Assembly (NCBI GenBank): GCA_016839745.1
Contig: JAEOTS010000080.1
Location: forward strand, 1 to 64,000
DNA: 64,000 bases
Origin: Promethearchaeota archaeon
GTDB lineage: Archaea > Asgardarchaeota > Lokiarchaeia > Sigyniarchaeales > SOKP01
Reading direction: 5' to 3'
Of this stretch, positions 21,438-31,516 are shown piece by piece. Position 1 is the stretch's first letter; each line of letters opens with the position of its first letter. The notes beneath the pieces were generated by a model. The model was not told where the DNA came from and ran no database searches. It saw nothing but the letters and a program-made list of their open reading frames with translations. The position numbers were made by a program, and so were the translations under genes.

Positions 21438-22052
21438 ATGGGAGAAAAAAAAATGAAAATAAAATATCTTTGGATTTTGGTAATAATTGGTGGCGCGATT
21501 TTAATGATCGTTGGCAGTGCAGTCGGAAGCCAGTTTTACACAAAACTTCTAGAACAGTTAATTCTTGCTGGTTTCATTGGTCCAGAATTCATACCACTCG
21601 TCTCATCAATAATGATCGTCTTAGGATACATAGCTTTATTTGGAGGATATTCGGTTCTTGTGGCTGTATTCTTGATATTAATTAAAATGGGTAGAGTGGG
21701 AAGAATAATCATAACGATTGCGACTGGCTTTGGAATTTTGGGATTAATCATTTACGGTGTTTCGTGGGCAGTAGGATATTATGGTATTGCCCTCAATCCT
21801 ACTTGGCAAACGATTCTAGATCAAGTTCATGGTCTTTTTACTTTCGATTCGGGTTTGGCTTTAGCAGGGACTGCAATTGTAGTTGTGGGTACGTTTTTAT
21901 TAAAAAGAGCTGAGAAAGCTGACAAAGAAGAAGCAAAAGATGACAAAAAATCTTCATCTAATAGTCCAGGAAGCAAGCATTGTCCTAATTGTGGTGCAAA
22001 ATTACCCGCTTATGCGAACTTTTGCAACAAATGTGGAAAAAGTTTCGATTAA
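21438..22052 (+). CDS. Membrane protein with C-terminal zinc ribbon
   Basis: About 4 TM helices followed by CPNCG...ANFCNKCG. Confidence 0.75.
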   Translation: MGEKKMKIKYLWILVIIGGAILMIVGSAVGSQFYTKLLEQLILAGFIGPEFIPLVSSIMIVLGYIALFGGYSVLVAVFLILIKMGRVGRIIITIATGFGILGLIIYGVSWAVGYYGIALNPTWQTILDQVHGLFTFDSGLALAGTAIVVVGTFLLKRAEKADKEEAKDDKKSSSNSPGSKHCPNCGAKLPAYANFCNKCGKSFD

Positions 22053-22232
22053 ACAACTCTTTCTTTTCTTTTTTATTAGCTTATTGATAAATTAAATAAG
22101 TATTTTCAGTTAAATTAAGAGGAAATCTAAAATATAATGTCATACACTCAAATAGTAAAGTTTTATATCTCAAATCTTATATAATAAGATCTAGGGTTAA
22201 TATAATCTAAAATAATTAGCCTTCTTGGAAGG

Positions 22233-23825
22233 ATGAAAATGAATATTGAGATTTTTGGCGGTGTTGGAGAAATTGGAGGGAATAAAATATTTGTCAACAT
22301 TGGTGATAAGAAATTCCTTTTTGATTTTGGACTTTCTTTTAGTGAGAACCAAAAATACTTCTCAGAATTCCTCAATCCTCGTAAATTAAACGGGATAATT
22401 GATTATTTATATTTAGGACTCTTACCTCCGATAAATAAGCTATATAGAAATGATTTAATCACCCCCTTTTCAGAAGTATTGAATTCTGATCCATATAATA
22501 TTATAACCACTGACGAAAATATCGTTGATGCTTTTTTTCTCACTCATGCTCACCTCGATCACTATAAGTTTGTAGGTTTTCTCAAACAAAATACACCAAT
22601 ATACATGAACTGGATCTCAAATACGATATTAGAACATCTTATTAATACTTCTAAAGATACTCTCTTACCCGAGGTTTTGAATTTCTACGAATCTTTTAAA
22701 ATGGTTCCCAAAAAGAGGCAAAGTGGTAATGAAGAAATCGAATATAAAAGAGCAACAAAACCTGATTTCAAGCCATCAGACATCAAGAGACCAATAAGAA
22801 TCATGAAAGAGGGGACGCCTTCAAGGTTTAAATCCTCTCAAGGCGAGATAAACATTACTCAGTTTCAGACAGACCATTCAATTCCAGGTGCGTGCTCCTA
22901 TATAATTGAAAACGACGGGAGAAGTATAATTTATACTGGTGATTTTAGAAGACACGGATTTCATAGCGAATGGGTTGACGATTTCATTAAACTAGCTCAC
23001 GACGCTAATCCTGTATCGATTATAACTGAAGGTACAAGAGTTCCTTCCGTTGAAATCTTTAATAAAGGCTCTTATCGTGACGATGAGCAATCTGAAAGCG
23101 AGGTTAAAAACAAGTCGAGTACTATTATAAAAAATCATCCAGGACTAATTCTTGTGAGGTGTCCTTCTAGAAACCTCGATAGGATATTGTTATATTATTC
23201 CCTCGCGAAAAAGTTCAATAGAAGATTCGCAATTACTCCAAAGTTATTTCATTTAATAGATAGTTTTCGAACGAAATTTGATGATATGGAAGAAAGTCGC
23301 ATAAAATATTATTATAAAACTTATAATCTTCCAGATTATAGCGATAAAAACTTTGTAGTGTATTTACCACGTAAGGGTTGGGGCAAATTTGAAGCAGCAG
23401 ATTATAGAGAAGCTTTCCAAAATGATATTTTTAAGATTGACAACTATATTACATATAAGGATGTGAAAAAAGAACCTGAAAAATATTTGCTTTACCTCGA
23501 TTATTTTATGTTAAACGAATTAATTGATATCGATCAGAAACCGAATAGTACCATATTCTTAAACTCAACTACAGACCCATTTAGTGAAGAAATGAATATT
23601 CAAGAGGAGAAGCTAAATGCGTGGTTAGAAAGATTTAATATATCAAAAACAGAAACGATCCATTCTTCTGGACATTGTAACGTCGACGAATTAATAGATT
23701 TTCTGCAGAAGTTCGACGCTGATAATATCATTCCTATACATACAGAACATCCCGAAACTTTTCAAGAATTTGGATTATCTGGAAAAGTTATTTTGCCTGA
23801 AAAAGGAAAAAATATACTCTTTTAA
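22233..23825 (+). CDS. Metallo-beta-lactamase/beta-CASP hydrolase, RNase J-like
   Basis: GGVGEIGGN, THAHLDH, DHSIPG, YTGDFR, HSSGH, PIHTEH. Confidence 0.85.
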   Translation: MKMNIEIFGGVGEIGGNKIFVNIGDKKFLFDFGLSFSENQKYFSEFLNPRKLNGIIDYLYLGLLPPINKLYRNDLITPFSEVLNSDPYNIITTDENIVDAFFLTHAHLDHYKFVGFLKQNTPIYMNWISNTILEHLINTSKDTLLPEVLNFYESFKMVPKKRQSGNEEIEYKRATKPDFKPSDIKRPIRIMKEGTPSRFKSSQGEINITQFQTDHSIPGACSYIIENDGRSIIYTGDFRRHGFHSEWVDDFIKLAHDANPVSIITEGTRVPSVEIFNKGSYRDDEQSESEVKNKSSTIIKNHPGLILVRCPSRNLDRILLYYSLAKKFNRRFAITPKLFHLIDSFRTKFDDMEESRIKYYYKTYNLPDYSDKNFVVYLPRKGWGKFEAADYREAFQNDIFKIDNYITYKDVKKEPEKYLLYLDYFMLNELIDIDQKPNSTIFLNSTTDPFSEEMNIQEEKLNAWLERFNISKTETIHSSGHCNVDELIDFLQKFDADNIIPIHTEHPETFQEFGLSGKVILPEKGKNILF

Positions 23826-23890
23826 TAATAATTAAAAAATACTTTAACACCTAATAGGTGTTAACTTTCATTTGTTTGACTCTTGAATTT

Positions 23891-25261
23891 TTATCCAGAT
23901 TCACGAATTATTTGGCGTCTTATAACAAAAATTAAATAGATTACGCTGATTCCAAGGAATATCAAAAAAATACTACCAAATGGAATTTCTTCTCCAAGTG
24001 GCTCCACCACATCTATTACTATAAATGTAACGCTGTCAATTACGAAATTTCCGTAGTCGTCTGTGAAATTTACAATATAAACATACGATCCTACATCAAA
24101 TCCATTGGGGATGTTGTAGTTAATTGTGTTTCCGCTTGTCCATGCATTTGGGCCAGCAACATTTCCCGTTCCCTGTAGATCGATAGTATAAGTGCCTGGA
24201 TTTGTATCAGTTGCTGTCCAAGATATATTTCGCCCCATGTATCCGATTTCAAGGGTAAAATCGCTCGGAGCGTTTGATATTATCGGATCCTCCATATCAA
24301 CCGTTTCTCGAACTTGAATTACAGCCAGACCATTATCGCTATCTGCCACATAGGCATAATCGCCACTCACATAAACTCCATATGCAACTCCATCGGTATC
24401 TTCGTATATGGGCATTCCAGGGTTTGTCGGGTCGGAAACATTGATAATCGCTAAACCTGATGTATAATCTGCCACATATGCATAATCTCCGCTCACATAA
24501 ACTCCTTGGGCCTCTCCAGTTGTATTTTCGTAGACTGGCGTTCCTGGATTTGTAGGGTCGAAAATATCGATCACTGCCAAGCCGGAAGCACCATCCGCTA
24601 AATAAACATAATCTCCGCTAACAAAAACGCCTACTGTATATCCAGTTGTGGATTTGTAGATGGGTAATCCAGGATTTGTCGGGTCGGAAATGTCGATGAC
24701 AGCTAAACCAGTATCTTGAGTCGCTACATAAGCGTAATCTCCACTCACGAAAACATCGAGTGCATACGATGTCGTGTGTTCATAGACGGGTGCTCCCGGG
24801 TCTGTTGGGTCGGAAATGTTGAAAACCGCCAAACCGGAAAGACCATTTGCTATATAGGTATAATCTCCGCTCACATAAACACCTTGAGCAATCCCAGACG
24901 TGGGTTTGTAGACGGGCATCCCCGGATCAGTTGGGTTGGAAATATCGAAAATTGCCAAGCCAGAAGTACCACCCGCAACATAGGCGTAATCTCCACTCAC
25001 ATGCACATCAAACGCATAATCGCTCGTGGGTTCGTAGACGGGCGTTCCCGGGTTTTTAGGGTCAGTAATATCGATAACTGCCAAACCTGAACTACCATGA
25101 GCCAAATAAGCGTAATCACCGCTCACATAAACGTTACTTGCCCCTCCGGTCGTGTCTACATAGTAAACGGAAGAGTCATGGGGTGATAGTGCATTAATAA
25201 TTTCGTCAGTATTCTTTCCTTCTATTGGAGTTTTGATATTTCTCTGTACACCTTTTAACAA
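23891..25261 (-). CDS. LVIVD-repeat (7-blade beta-propeller) surface protein with an Ig-like domain and IPFG C-terminal anchor; true start uncertain
   Basis: Seven 43-aa repeats (V.VSGDYAYVA....GLAVIDISDPTNPG); C-terminal EIPFG + TM + RR. The frame stays open upstream to 25345, encoding a signal-like peptide with no canonical start. Confidence 0.85.
   Translation of the reverse strand: MLKGVQRNIKTPIEGKNTDEIINALSPHDSSVYYVDTTGGASNVYVSGDYAYLAHGSSGLAVIDITDPKNPGTPVYEPTSDYAFDVHVSGDYAYVAGGTSGLAIFDISNPTDPGMPVYKPTSGIAQGVYVSGDYTYIANGLSGLAVFNISDPTDPGAPVYEHTTSYALDVFVSGDYAYVATQDTGLAVIDISDPTNPGLPIYKSTTGYTVGVFVSGDYVYLADGASGLAVIDIFDPTNPGTPVYENTTGEAQGVYVSGDYAYVADYTSGLAIINVSDPTNPGMPIYEDTDGVAYGVYVSGDYAYVADSDNGLAVIQVRETVDMEDPIISNAPSDFTLEIGYMGRNISWTATDTNPGTYTIDLQGTGNVAGPNAWTSGNTINYNIPNGFDVGSYVYIVNFTDDYGNFVIDSVTFIVIDVVEPLGEEIPFGSIFLIFLGISVIYLIFVIRRQIIRESG
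24310..25175 (-). repeat. Intragenic 129-bp tandem repeats (LVIVD)
   Basis: Motif ccgctcacataaac and variants recur at about 129-bp spacing. Confidence 0.85.
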
Positions 25262-25558
25262 ATTTGGAATTGCAATAGAAGATGAAATGTATAGAATAAT
25301 CAGGAAGAAAATAATTTTTCTTGATTTCTGCGTTGATTTACACCACTATCTTTGATTATCTTAAAAATTTATTTTAGGATTTTTAATTGATCTTTTTTAT
25401 ATTCTAAGATATTATTCTTTATATATTCTTCAAATCTATCAGTTTTACCAAATTGAATTCACAAAATTTTTAATTAAATTTAGTATTAGAATAATTATTA
25501 TTGTTCCAAAAGTTGAAGCACTAAAGAAATAATTTAATATTTGAAAAGAGGATTAATT

Positions 25559-26455
25559 ATGGCAAAAGTTGATGAATTTAAAATGTTCGCGGGTTGCACA
25601 ATCGGGAACCGGATTCCTTTTATAGAAGCTAGCTCCCGTAAAGTGTTTGATAAACTTGGTATAAAAACTTCTGACGCGGCTTTTGCGTGCTGTCCTGATC
25701 CAGTTGGATTTCACGCAATTGATCATACAAGCTGGTTAGCTATGGGAGCTCGTAATCTTGTTCTTGCTGAAGCTGAAGGAAAAGACATTATATCGCTATG
25801 CAATGGTTGTTTTCAAACTTTAAAGCTTGTGAACTCAGAGTTAAATCACGATGATCACGAGAAAGAAAAGATAAACAAAATTTTGGGCAAAATAGGAAAG
25901 GAATTTAAAGGTTCCATTAATGTTAAACATTTTGTTGAAGTTTTACACGACTACGGTCCTGAAAAAATTAAAGAATTCGTCACTCACGACTTTTCAGGGG
26001 TTAAAATCGCATGTCATACAGGATGCCACTATAATAGACCATCTGAGATTGTTCAAACTGACGATCCTATGGAGCCTAAAAAGTTAAGGGAACTAGTAGC
26101 AGCTACAGGAGCAACACCAGTTGAATATGACGAAGAGTTTATATGTTGTGGAACAGGAGTTGGAAACGCTGAACCAGAAGTATCAATGCAAATGCTAGCA
26201 AATAAGTTATCCAGTGCTATCAAAGCTGGAGCTGACGCTTTTGTCGTTATTTGCCCTGCTTGCTTTCAACAATTAGATACCAATCAAAAAAAGGCAGGAA
26301 CTCAATCTAATAATACGTTTGATATTCCCATTTTATACTTAACGGAATTGTACGCTTTAGCTTTCGGATTTAATTCCGACGATCTTGGTTTGAAATTCCA
26401 TCGGGCTCGTTTATCCAGCTTTCTTGAAAAGTTTGGGCTTAAAAAGAAAGAATAA
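25559..26455 (+). CDS. hdrB: Heterodisulfide reductase subunit B-like protein (two CCG domains)
   Basis: FAGC, ACCPDP, ARNL, LCNGCF, HTGCH, CCG, CPACFQQLD; ATG at 25559. Confidence 0.9.
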   Translation: MAKVDEFKMFAGCTIGNRIPFIEASSRKVFDKLGIKTSDAAFACCPDPVGFHAIDHTSWLAMGARNLVLAEAEGKDIISLCNGCFQTLKLVNSELNHDDHEKEKINKILGKIGKEFKGSINVKHFVEVLHDYGPEKIKEFVTHDFSGVKIACHTGCHYNRPSEIVQTDDPMEPKKLRELVAATGATPVEYDEEFICCGTGVGNAEPEVSMQMLANKLSSAIKAGADAFVVICPACFQQLDTNQKKAGTQSNNTFDIPILYLTELYALAFGFNSDDLGLKFHRARLSSFLEKFGLKKKE

Positions 26456-26511
26456 CCAAATCTTTTTCTTTACTATTTTTTTTATATACAAAGAAAAATT
26501 AAGTTTATTTG

Positions 26512-27408
26512 ATGAACATATTAAGAACTCCTGATGAGAGATTTAATACCATTCTAAATTTTCGATACACACCTTGTTTTACTGAAACTCTAAATGGTTA
26601 TGAATATGTAAGAATGCATTATATTGATGAAGGGCCAAGAAATGCAAAATATACCTTTCTATGCCTGCACGGTCAACCAACTTGGTGCTATCTATATAGA
26701 AAAATGATTCCTATTTTTTTAAATGCCGGTTATAGAGTAGTTGCTCCAGATTATTTTGGATTTGGAAGATCAGATAAACCAGTTGAGGACGAAGTCTATA
26801 CATTTGATTTTCATCGAAATTCTATAATTGAATTCATAAACCATTTACAATTAAAAAATATCATTTTAGTAGTTCAAGATTGGGGAGGATTAATTGGACT
26901 TACTTTACCTATGGAAATGCCAGATACATTTTCAAAGTTAATTTTAATGAATACCGCTTTAGGAACGGGCGAGGGCGTACCGTCCCCTGGCTTTAAAGCC
27001 TTTCGAGGTTGGGTAAACAAAACTCCAGATATGGATGTTGGTCGATTGATGCTTAGAGGTGCACCAATTTTAACCCCTGAAGAAATGAGAGCCTATGACG
27101 CGCCTTTTCCCGATATTACGTACAAAGCAGGGATACGAAGATTCCCCAATTTATTCCCGACTACGTACGATGCTCCTGGTGCGGAAATCTCTAGAAGGGC
27201 TCGAGATTGGTTTCAAAAAGAATGGTCTGGAGAATCCTTCATGGCCGTTGGAATGCAAGATCCTGTTCTTGGCCCTTCAGTTATGCGAAATCTGAGAGCA
27301 ATAATTCCTGGATGTCCTAAACCGTTAAGATTAAAAGAAGCAGGACATTTTGTGCAAGAATGGGGAGATGTTGTAGCTATAAAAGCGTTAGAAACTTTTA
27401 ATTTATAG
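26512..27408 (+). CDS. Haloalkane dehalogenase (DhlA-like alpha/beta hydrolase)
   Basis: LRTPDERF, HGQPTW, GFGRSDKP, QDWGG nucleophile, AYDAPFP, AGHFVQE. Confidence 0.88.
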   Translation: MNILRTPDERFNTILNFRYTPCFTETLNGYEYVRMHYIDEGPRNAKYTFLCLHGQPTWCYLYRKMIPIFLNAGYRVVAPDYFGFGRSDKPVEDEVYTFDFHRNSIIEFINHLQLKNIILVVQDWGGLIGLTLPMEMPDTFSKLILMNTALGTGEGVPSPGFKAFRGWVNKTPDMDVGRLMLRGAPILTPEEMRAYDAPFPDITYKAGIRRFPNLFPTTYDAPGAEISRRARDWFQKEWSGESFMAVGMQDPVLGPSVMRNLRAIIPGCPKPLRLKEAGHFVQEWGDVVAIKALETFNL

Positions 27409-27445
27409 ATGATACGATAAAATAATATTCTAGATTTCATCCATT

Positions 27446-28012
27446 ATGCCTTTTAATTTTAAAAATCCATCGAAATCATTTGCTTGGTTCTATTCGTTAT
27501 TTTGCCCAATTTATGGGAGAAAATTCTATAAGGAGTTATTACCAGCATTAAAATTAAATGGAACAGAATCAATTTTAGATTTTGGTAGTGGAACTGGCGT
27601 TTTAGCAAAAAAGATTATCAAAGAATTATCAAATGGCGGAACCCTAAGTTGTTTAGATTTATCAGAGGCTTTTCTGAATAGGGTTCGTAAAAAACTACGT
27701 AAATATACAAATGTGAACTACATATTAGGAGATATACAAGAGATGAATATGTCATCTAATACGTTCGATAAAATCGTCATTACCTGGGTAATTCACCATA
27801 TAGAAGATGAGGTTAGGCTTGGTTTATTACAAAGCATAGTTAGTACTTTAAAACCAAATGGAGAAATCTATGTAATAGAATTCTTAGCACCCCCTCATGG
27901 GATTCCTGAAATAGCTTTAATTGAGCTTTTTAACGGAATTGGGTTATCTGGAAGAATAGAATATAGAAAGAAGAATACAGGATTATTTGAATTCAAGAGA
28001 AAGCAAAATTAA
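27446..28012 (+). CDS. Class I SAM-dependent methyltransferase
   Basis: ILDFGSGTG motif I, LDLS, GDI, LKPNG. Confidence 0.88.
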   Translation: MPFNFKNPSKSFAWFYSLFCPIYGRKFYKELLPALKLNGTESILDFGSGTGVLAKKIIKELSNGGTLSCLDLSEAFLNRVRKKLRKYTNVNYILGDIQEMNMSSNTFDKIVITWVIHHIEDEVRLGLLQSIVSTLKPNGEIYVIEFLAPPHGIPEIALIELFNGIGLSGRIEYRKKNTGLFEFKRKQN

Positions 28013-28058
28013 GAGAACTAAGAAAAATAGTTCCTAAAATAGAAAAAATTTGGTTTAT

Positions 28059-29372
28059 TTAAATCAATTCAGCGAATAGATTAAATCCGTTCACCTCGTA
28101 AATTCGAACATTTACAAAGGATCCATAGATTCCTTTAAAATTCTCAATAAATATATTTTTATAAGCGTAATTTCGACCAAAAGCTTGATTTATTCTAAAC
28201 CCGTCGTGTAAGACTAACATCTCACCTTCCCAGTTCTTCCAGGTAGTATTTATATCGTCCAAGGATTCGCGGAAGACCTTAGAAAGTATTTTTGACCGTT
28301 TTTTTATAATTTTGCTATTTACTTGTTCCATACTTTTAGCTTTTGTTCCAGGTCGAGGTGTAAACTTAGAAATATTAAGAATTTCGGGGTTTAACCATTT
28401 AATTAAATTTATAGTTTGATTGAAATCTTCTTCGGATTCTCCGGGAAAGCCGCAAATTATATCTGTTGATATAGTGAGCGATGGAAACTCCTTTCTAAGG
28501 ATTTTTAATTTATCTGTTATATCTGAGATACGGTAATAACGGTTCATGCGCTTAAGAATTGAATCGCTTCCAGATTGAATAGGGATATGCAAAAATTGAT
28601 ATACTTTTTTTAGTTTGAAAATCGAAAGTAACTGCTCAAATTCGTCAACTAAAAATTTAGGATTAAGCATACCTACTCTCAGGAAAAATTCATAATCTAA
28701 TTCCACAATCTTAGTAATTAAATCAATTAGTTTTACATTTTGATATTCGTACGTGCTACAATCTTGGGATGTCAAATAGATTTGCTTAATTCCTTGCTTT
28801 AATTGATGTTTTACGTTTTCTACAATATTTTGAGGTTCGTAGCAATTTAGACGACCTCGAGCATTTTTAACGCAGCAATATGTACAAGCACCCAAACAAC
28901 CTTCAGATATTGGAACTATTCCAGTGATTTTATTTTTAGGGTATTCAATTAGAAACCTTGATTTATCAATTACAGCTTTGGATTTAATAACGAGATTTTT
29001 TTTCCCTGATTTTATTTCTCGGAGAATAAAAGGTATTTCGTCTAAATTATCTAAATCAATAATAGCTGAGAAATTTGGGATAATCTTTTTAATCACATCA
29101 ATGTAATTATCCTCAATATGTGGTAAGCAACCCGCTATTACGAAATATTTGGTTACTTCTTCTTTATACCTTTCGTACAATTCTTTTAAACGGGATTTGA
29201 TTTTGTTTTCTGTTTGTTGCTTCACAGCACATGTATTTATAAACACAAATTCAGCGTCTCTAAGGTTTTTTTGAGAATACCCCGCTTTATTTAAAACACT
29301 TGAGATAATGTAAGAATCTGCTTTATTTGAAGTACACCCGTACGTTTCTATATAGTAAGAATTCTTTTCCAT
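28059..29372 (-). CDS. Radical SAM tRNA methylthiotransferase (MiaB/MtaB family, archaeal/CDKAL1-type)
   Basis: UPF0004 ETYGCTSN...NTCAVK...GCLP; GCLGACTYC radical SAM motif; HIPIQSGSD; TDIICGFPGE; TRAM-like tail; likely ATG 29372. Confidence 0.9.
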   Translation of the reverse strand: MEKNSYYIETYGCTSNKADSYIISSVLNKAGYSQKNLRDAEFVFINTCAVKQQTENKIKSRLKELYERYKEEVTKYFVIAGCLPHIEDNYIDVIKKIIPNFSAIIDLDNLDEIPFILREIKSGKKNLVIKSKAVIDKSRFLIEYPKNKITGIVPISEGCLGACTYCCVKNARGRLNCYEPQNIVENVKHQLKQGIKQIYLTSQDCSTYEYQNVKLIDLITKIVELDYEFFLRVGMLNPKFLVDEFEQLLSIFKLKKVYQFLHIPIQSGSDSILKRMNRYYRISDITDKLKILRKEFPSLTISTDIICGFPGESEEDFNQTINLIKWLNPEILNISKFTPRPGTKAKSMEQVNSKIIKKRSKILSKVFRESLDDINTTWKNWEGEMLVLHDGFRINQAFGRNYAYKNIFIENFKGIYGSFVNVRIYEVNGFNLFAELI

Positions 29373-29522
29373 GCGTGAGTAAAATGCTTTTGAGTTAGTA
29401 CTTAATAAAATGAAGTGCAAGTAAAAAATTTTTAAGAATAGAAGACAAAAAAGAGATGAAATAATGAAAATTTTTTTAATAAAACCTTCTATTATAAGAA
29501 TTAATTAGTTTGAATAATTAAG

Positions 29523-29969
29523 TTGAGTAATATGACAAAATATGCTTACTGTAAAGTTTGTGATAAAGAGGTTGATCAACCCGTAAGAAAACCAATGGAA
29601 ACTTTTCATAAAATCATATGGGTTATTATTTCCATTGCCACAGTAGGTATTGGGGCAATTATTTTCGCGATTATCTACACAAATAGGAAGAAGGTATATT
29701 GTGAAAAGTGTCGAACAAAAGTAGAGTTTTCAAGTGAACCCCATAAAAAACCGGAAGAAGATGGAGAACCCTTAACACAAAGAGAAAGAATATTAAAAAA
29801 AGCTGGAAAGGCAAAGGAGAAGAAAGCCAAAGAAGAAAAAGAACCTCCTTCGGAAATTACTGACGAAGAAGAAAAAGAGCAAACTTTCTGCCCCTATTGT
29901 GGTGAGGATATTGAAGCAGGGATTAGTCGGTGTCCATACTGTCATTCATCCCTAAAGACATCATATTAA
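29523..29969 (+). CDS. LITAF-like zinc/membrane-anchor protein with a C-terminal zinc ribbon
   Basis: CKVC - hydrophobic stretch - YCEKC, charged linker, then CPYC...CPYC. Confidence 0.7.
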   Translation: MSNMTKYAYCKVCDKEVDQPVRKPMETFHKIIWVIISIATVGIGAIIFAIIYTNRKKVYCEKCRTKVEFSSEPHKKPEEDGEPLTQRERILKKAGKAKEKKAKEEKEPPSEITDEEEKEQTFCPYCGEDIEAGISRCPYCHSSLKTSY

Positions 29970-30089
29970 AATCACTTCTACCAATTTTATCAATCACACA
30001 ATATTTAAATAGGAAAATAATTCAAATAAACTAAAATAACATCATAATAATATAAATATGAAAATCTAATATAATTAGAGGAAATTAAA

Positions 30090-30860
30090 ATGCCACGCAA
30101 ATCGCGAAAAGCACCAACGAGAGATGCTGATCCTTTAGATCAGTATAGTACCTGGGATTTACGCATTGCTAAAACCATATATTATTCTATAATTATTGCC
30201 TCAGCAGTTACAATTCTTGGTATCTGGTTAACAATTATAGGATGGCTTGTTGAATCAGGTAGATGGGAAATAGTGGTGGGTTGGGGACCAGGCGCTGGTG
30301 CTCTTATTATTGTTGGGATTGTAGTACTCCATCTATTCTTGCTAGTTCTTTTCTATGTGTTATTTAGAGGTGGAATATTAAGGCTTTGCCAAAGATTATT
30401 CAAAGACAGAGTATTGGCGAAAAAATACGAAGACTACACTACGCTCAGGCTTTTAATAGCTGTTACATTGATAAGCGTCTACATTTTTCTTATAACCCTC
30501 GTAGTCGTTATTTTACCTTCGTTTTTCTGGGAAATAGTAGCAAATTTCTGGATTAATATTGTATTTAAGTTTAATCCTGGCGAATGGGTTCTCTTTATTG
30601 GGATAGTCTTATTTGTAATAGTAATGCTGATTTATATAGGGATTGTACTTTGGAACCATGGAGTGTTCGCTGTACTTAAACGCGTCAAACGAATAGAAGA
30701 AGAAATGGAAGTCGAAGATGAAATAAAACGAGAAGAACTGAAAGGAGCGGACGACGAAACACTTCAGAAAATATACGAAAAACAAACGGGTAAACAAGCA
30801 ATCTATCGGGGAAAAGAGACGAAAGGATTTAGATCTTGGAAAAAAAGCATGCTATCGTAA
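30090..30860 (+). CDS. Hypothetical 4-TM membrane protein
   Basis: 256-aa ORF with upstream GAGG; two similar TM hairpins; charged C-terminal domain. Confidence 0.75.
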   Translation: MPRKSRKAPTRDADPLDQYSTWDLRIAKTIYYSIIIASAVTILGIWLTIIGWLVESGRWEIVVGWGPGAGALIIVGIVVLHLFLLVLFYVLFRGGILRLCQRLFKDRVLAKKYEDYTTLRLLIAVTLISVYIFLITLVVVILPSFFWEIVANFWINIVFKFNPGEWVLFIGIVLFVIVMLIYIGIVLWNHGVFAVLKRVKRIEEEMEVEDEIKREELKGADDETLQKIYEKQTGKQAIYRGKETKGFRSWKKSMLS

Positions 30861-31071
30861 AAAATTAAGAAATAAAAAAATTTTATTTATTTTATTATTT
30901 ATTTATTTTTCCGAACAGTTTTCATACGAGTTCTCCTAAATTCTTTAGTTTTGTGATACTCTTAAGGAGGGATTTTAAACTTTTTTTTTTATTAAAAAGG
31001 TTTAAAATTTTTAAGATTCTAAGATTTTCCATGCTTTCTGAAAGGAGTTCTAAGTGAATGAATGAATTTTT

Positions 31072-31368
31072 TTAAAACCATTCTTTATTTTGTTCTATCC
31101 AAGTTTTAATTAAATTAACCATTCTTGAGTAGTCGAACGCATCAACTTGGTCATCTGAATAATCGTCCCTTAAGACAAGGTTCGCGTTGTAGGTTCCAGA
31201 GATACTCTTCCCGAACCTTGAGTCGTTATATTGCCCTTCAATTTCGTCGAGTAGATAATCATAGTTTAGCATAATATCTAACGGATCTTTTGCTTCCCTG
31301 ATTTTATGTATCAAATCAAGGATTTTACTACCTTTTTGGGGGGTTTGATTTATTTTCATTCCTGACAT
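31072..31368 (-). CDS. Hypothetical protein
   Basis: 98-aa ORF with normal composition, fills the intergenic space. Confidence 0.6.
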   Translation of the reverse strand: MSGMKINQTPQKGSKILDLIHKIREAKDPLDIMLNYDYLLDEIEGQYNDSRFGKSISGTYNANLVLRDDYSDDQVDAFDYSRMVNLIKTWIEQNKEWF

Positions 31369-31516
31369 TTTAAAGCTTATTATTTTTTCTTCAAACCCTA
31401 TTTCAAATAGTTCTTAATAAATGAAAAATAGTAAAAAAAAAAAATTAAGAGTAAAGGATACAAAACATAAAAAATTAAGAAATAAAAAAATTATATTTAT
31501 TTTATTATTTTTACTT

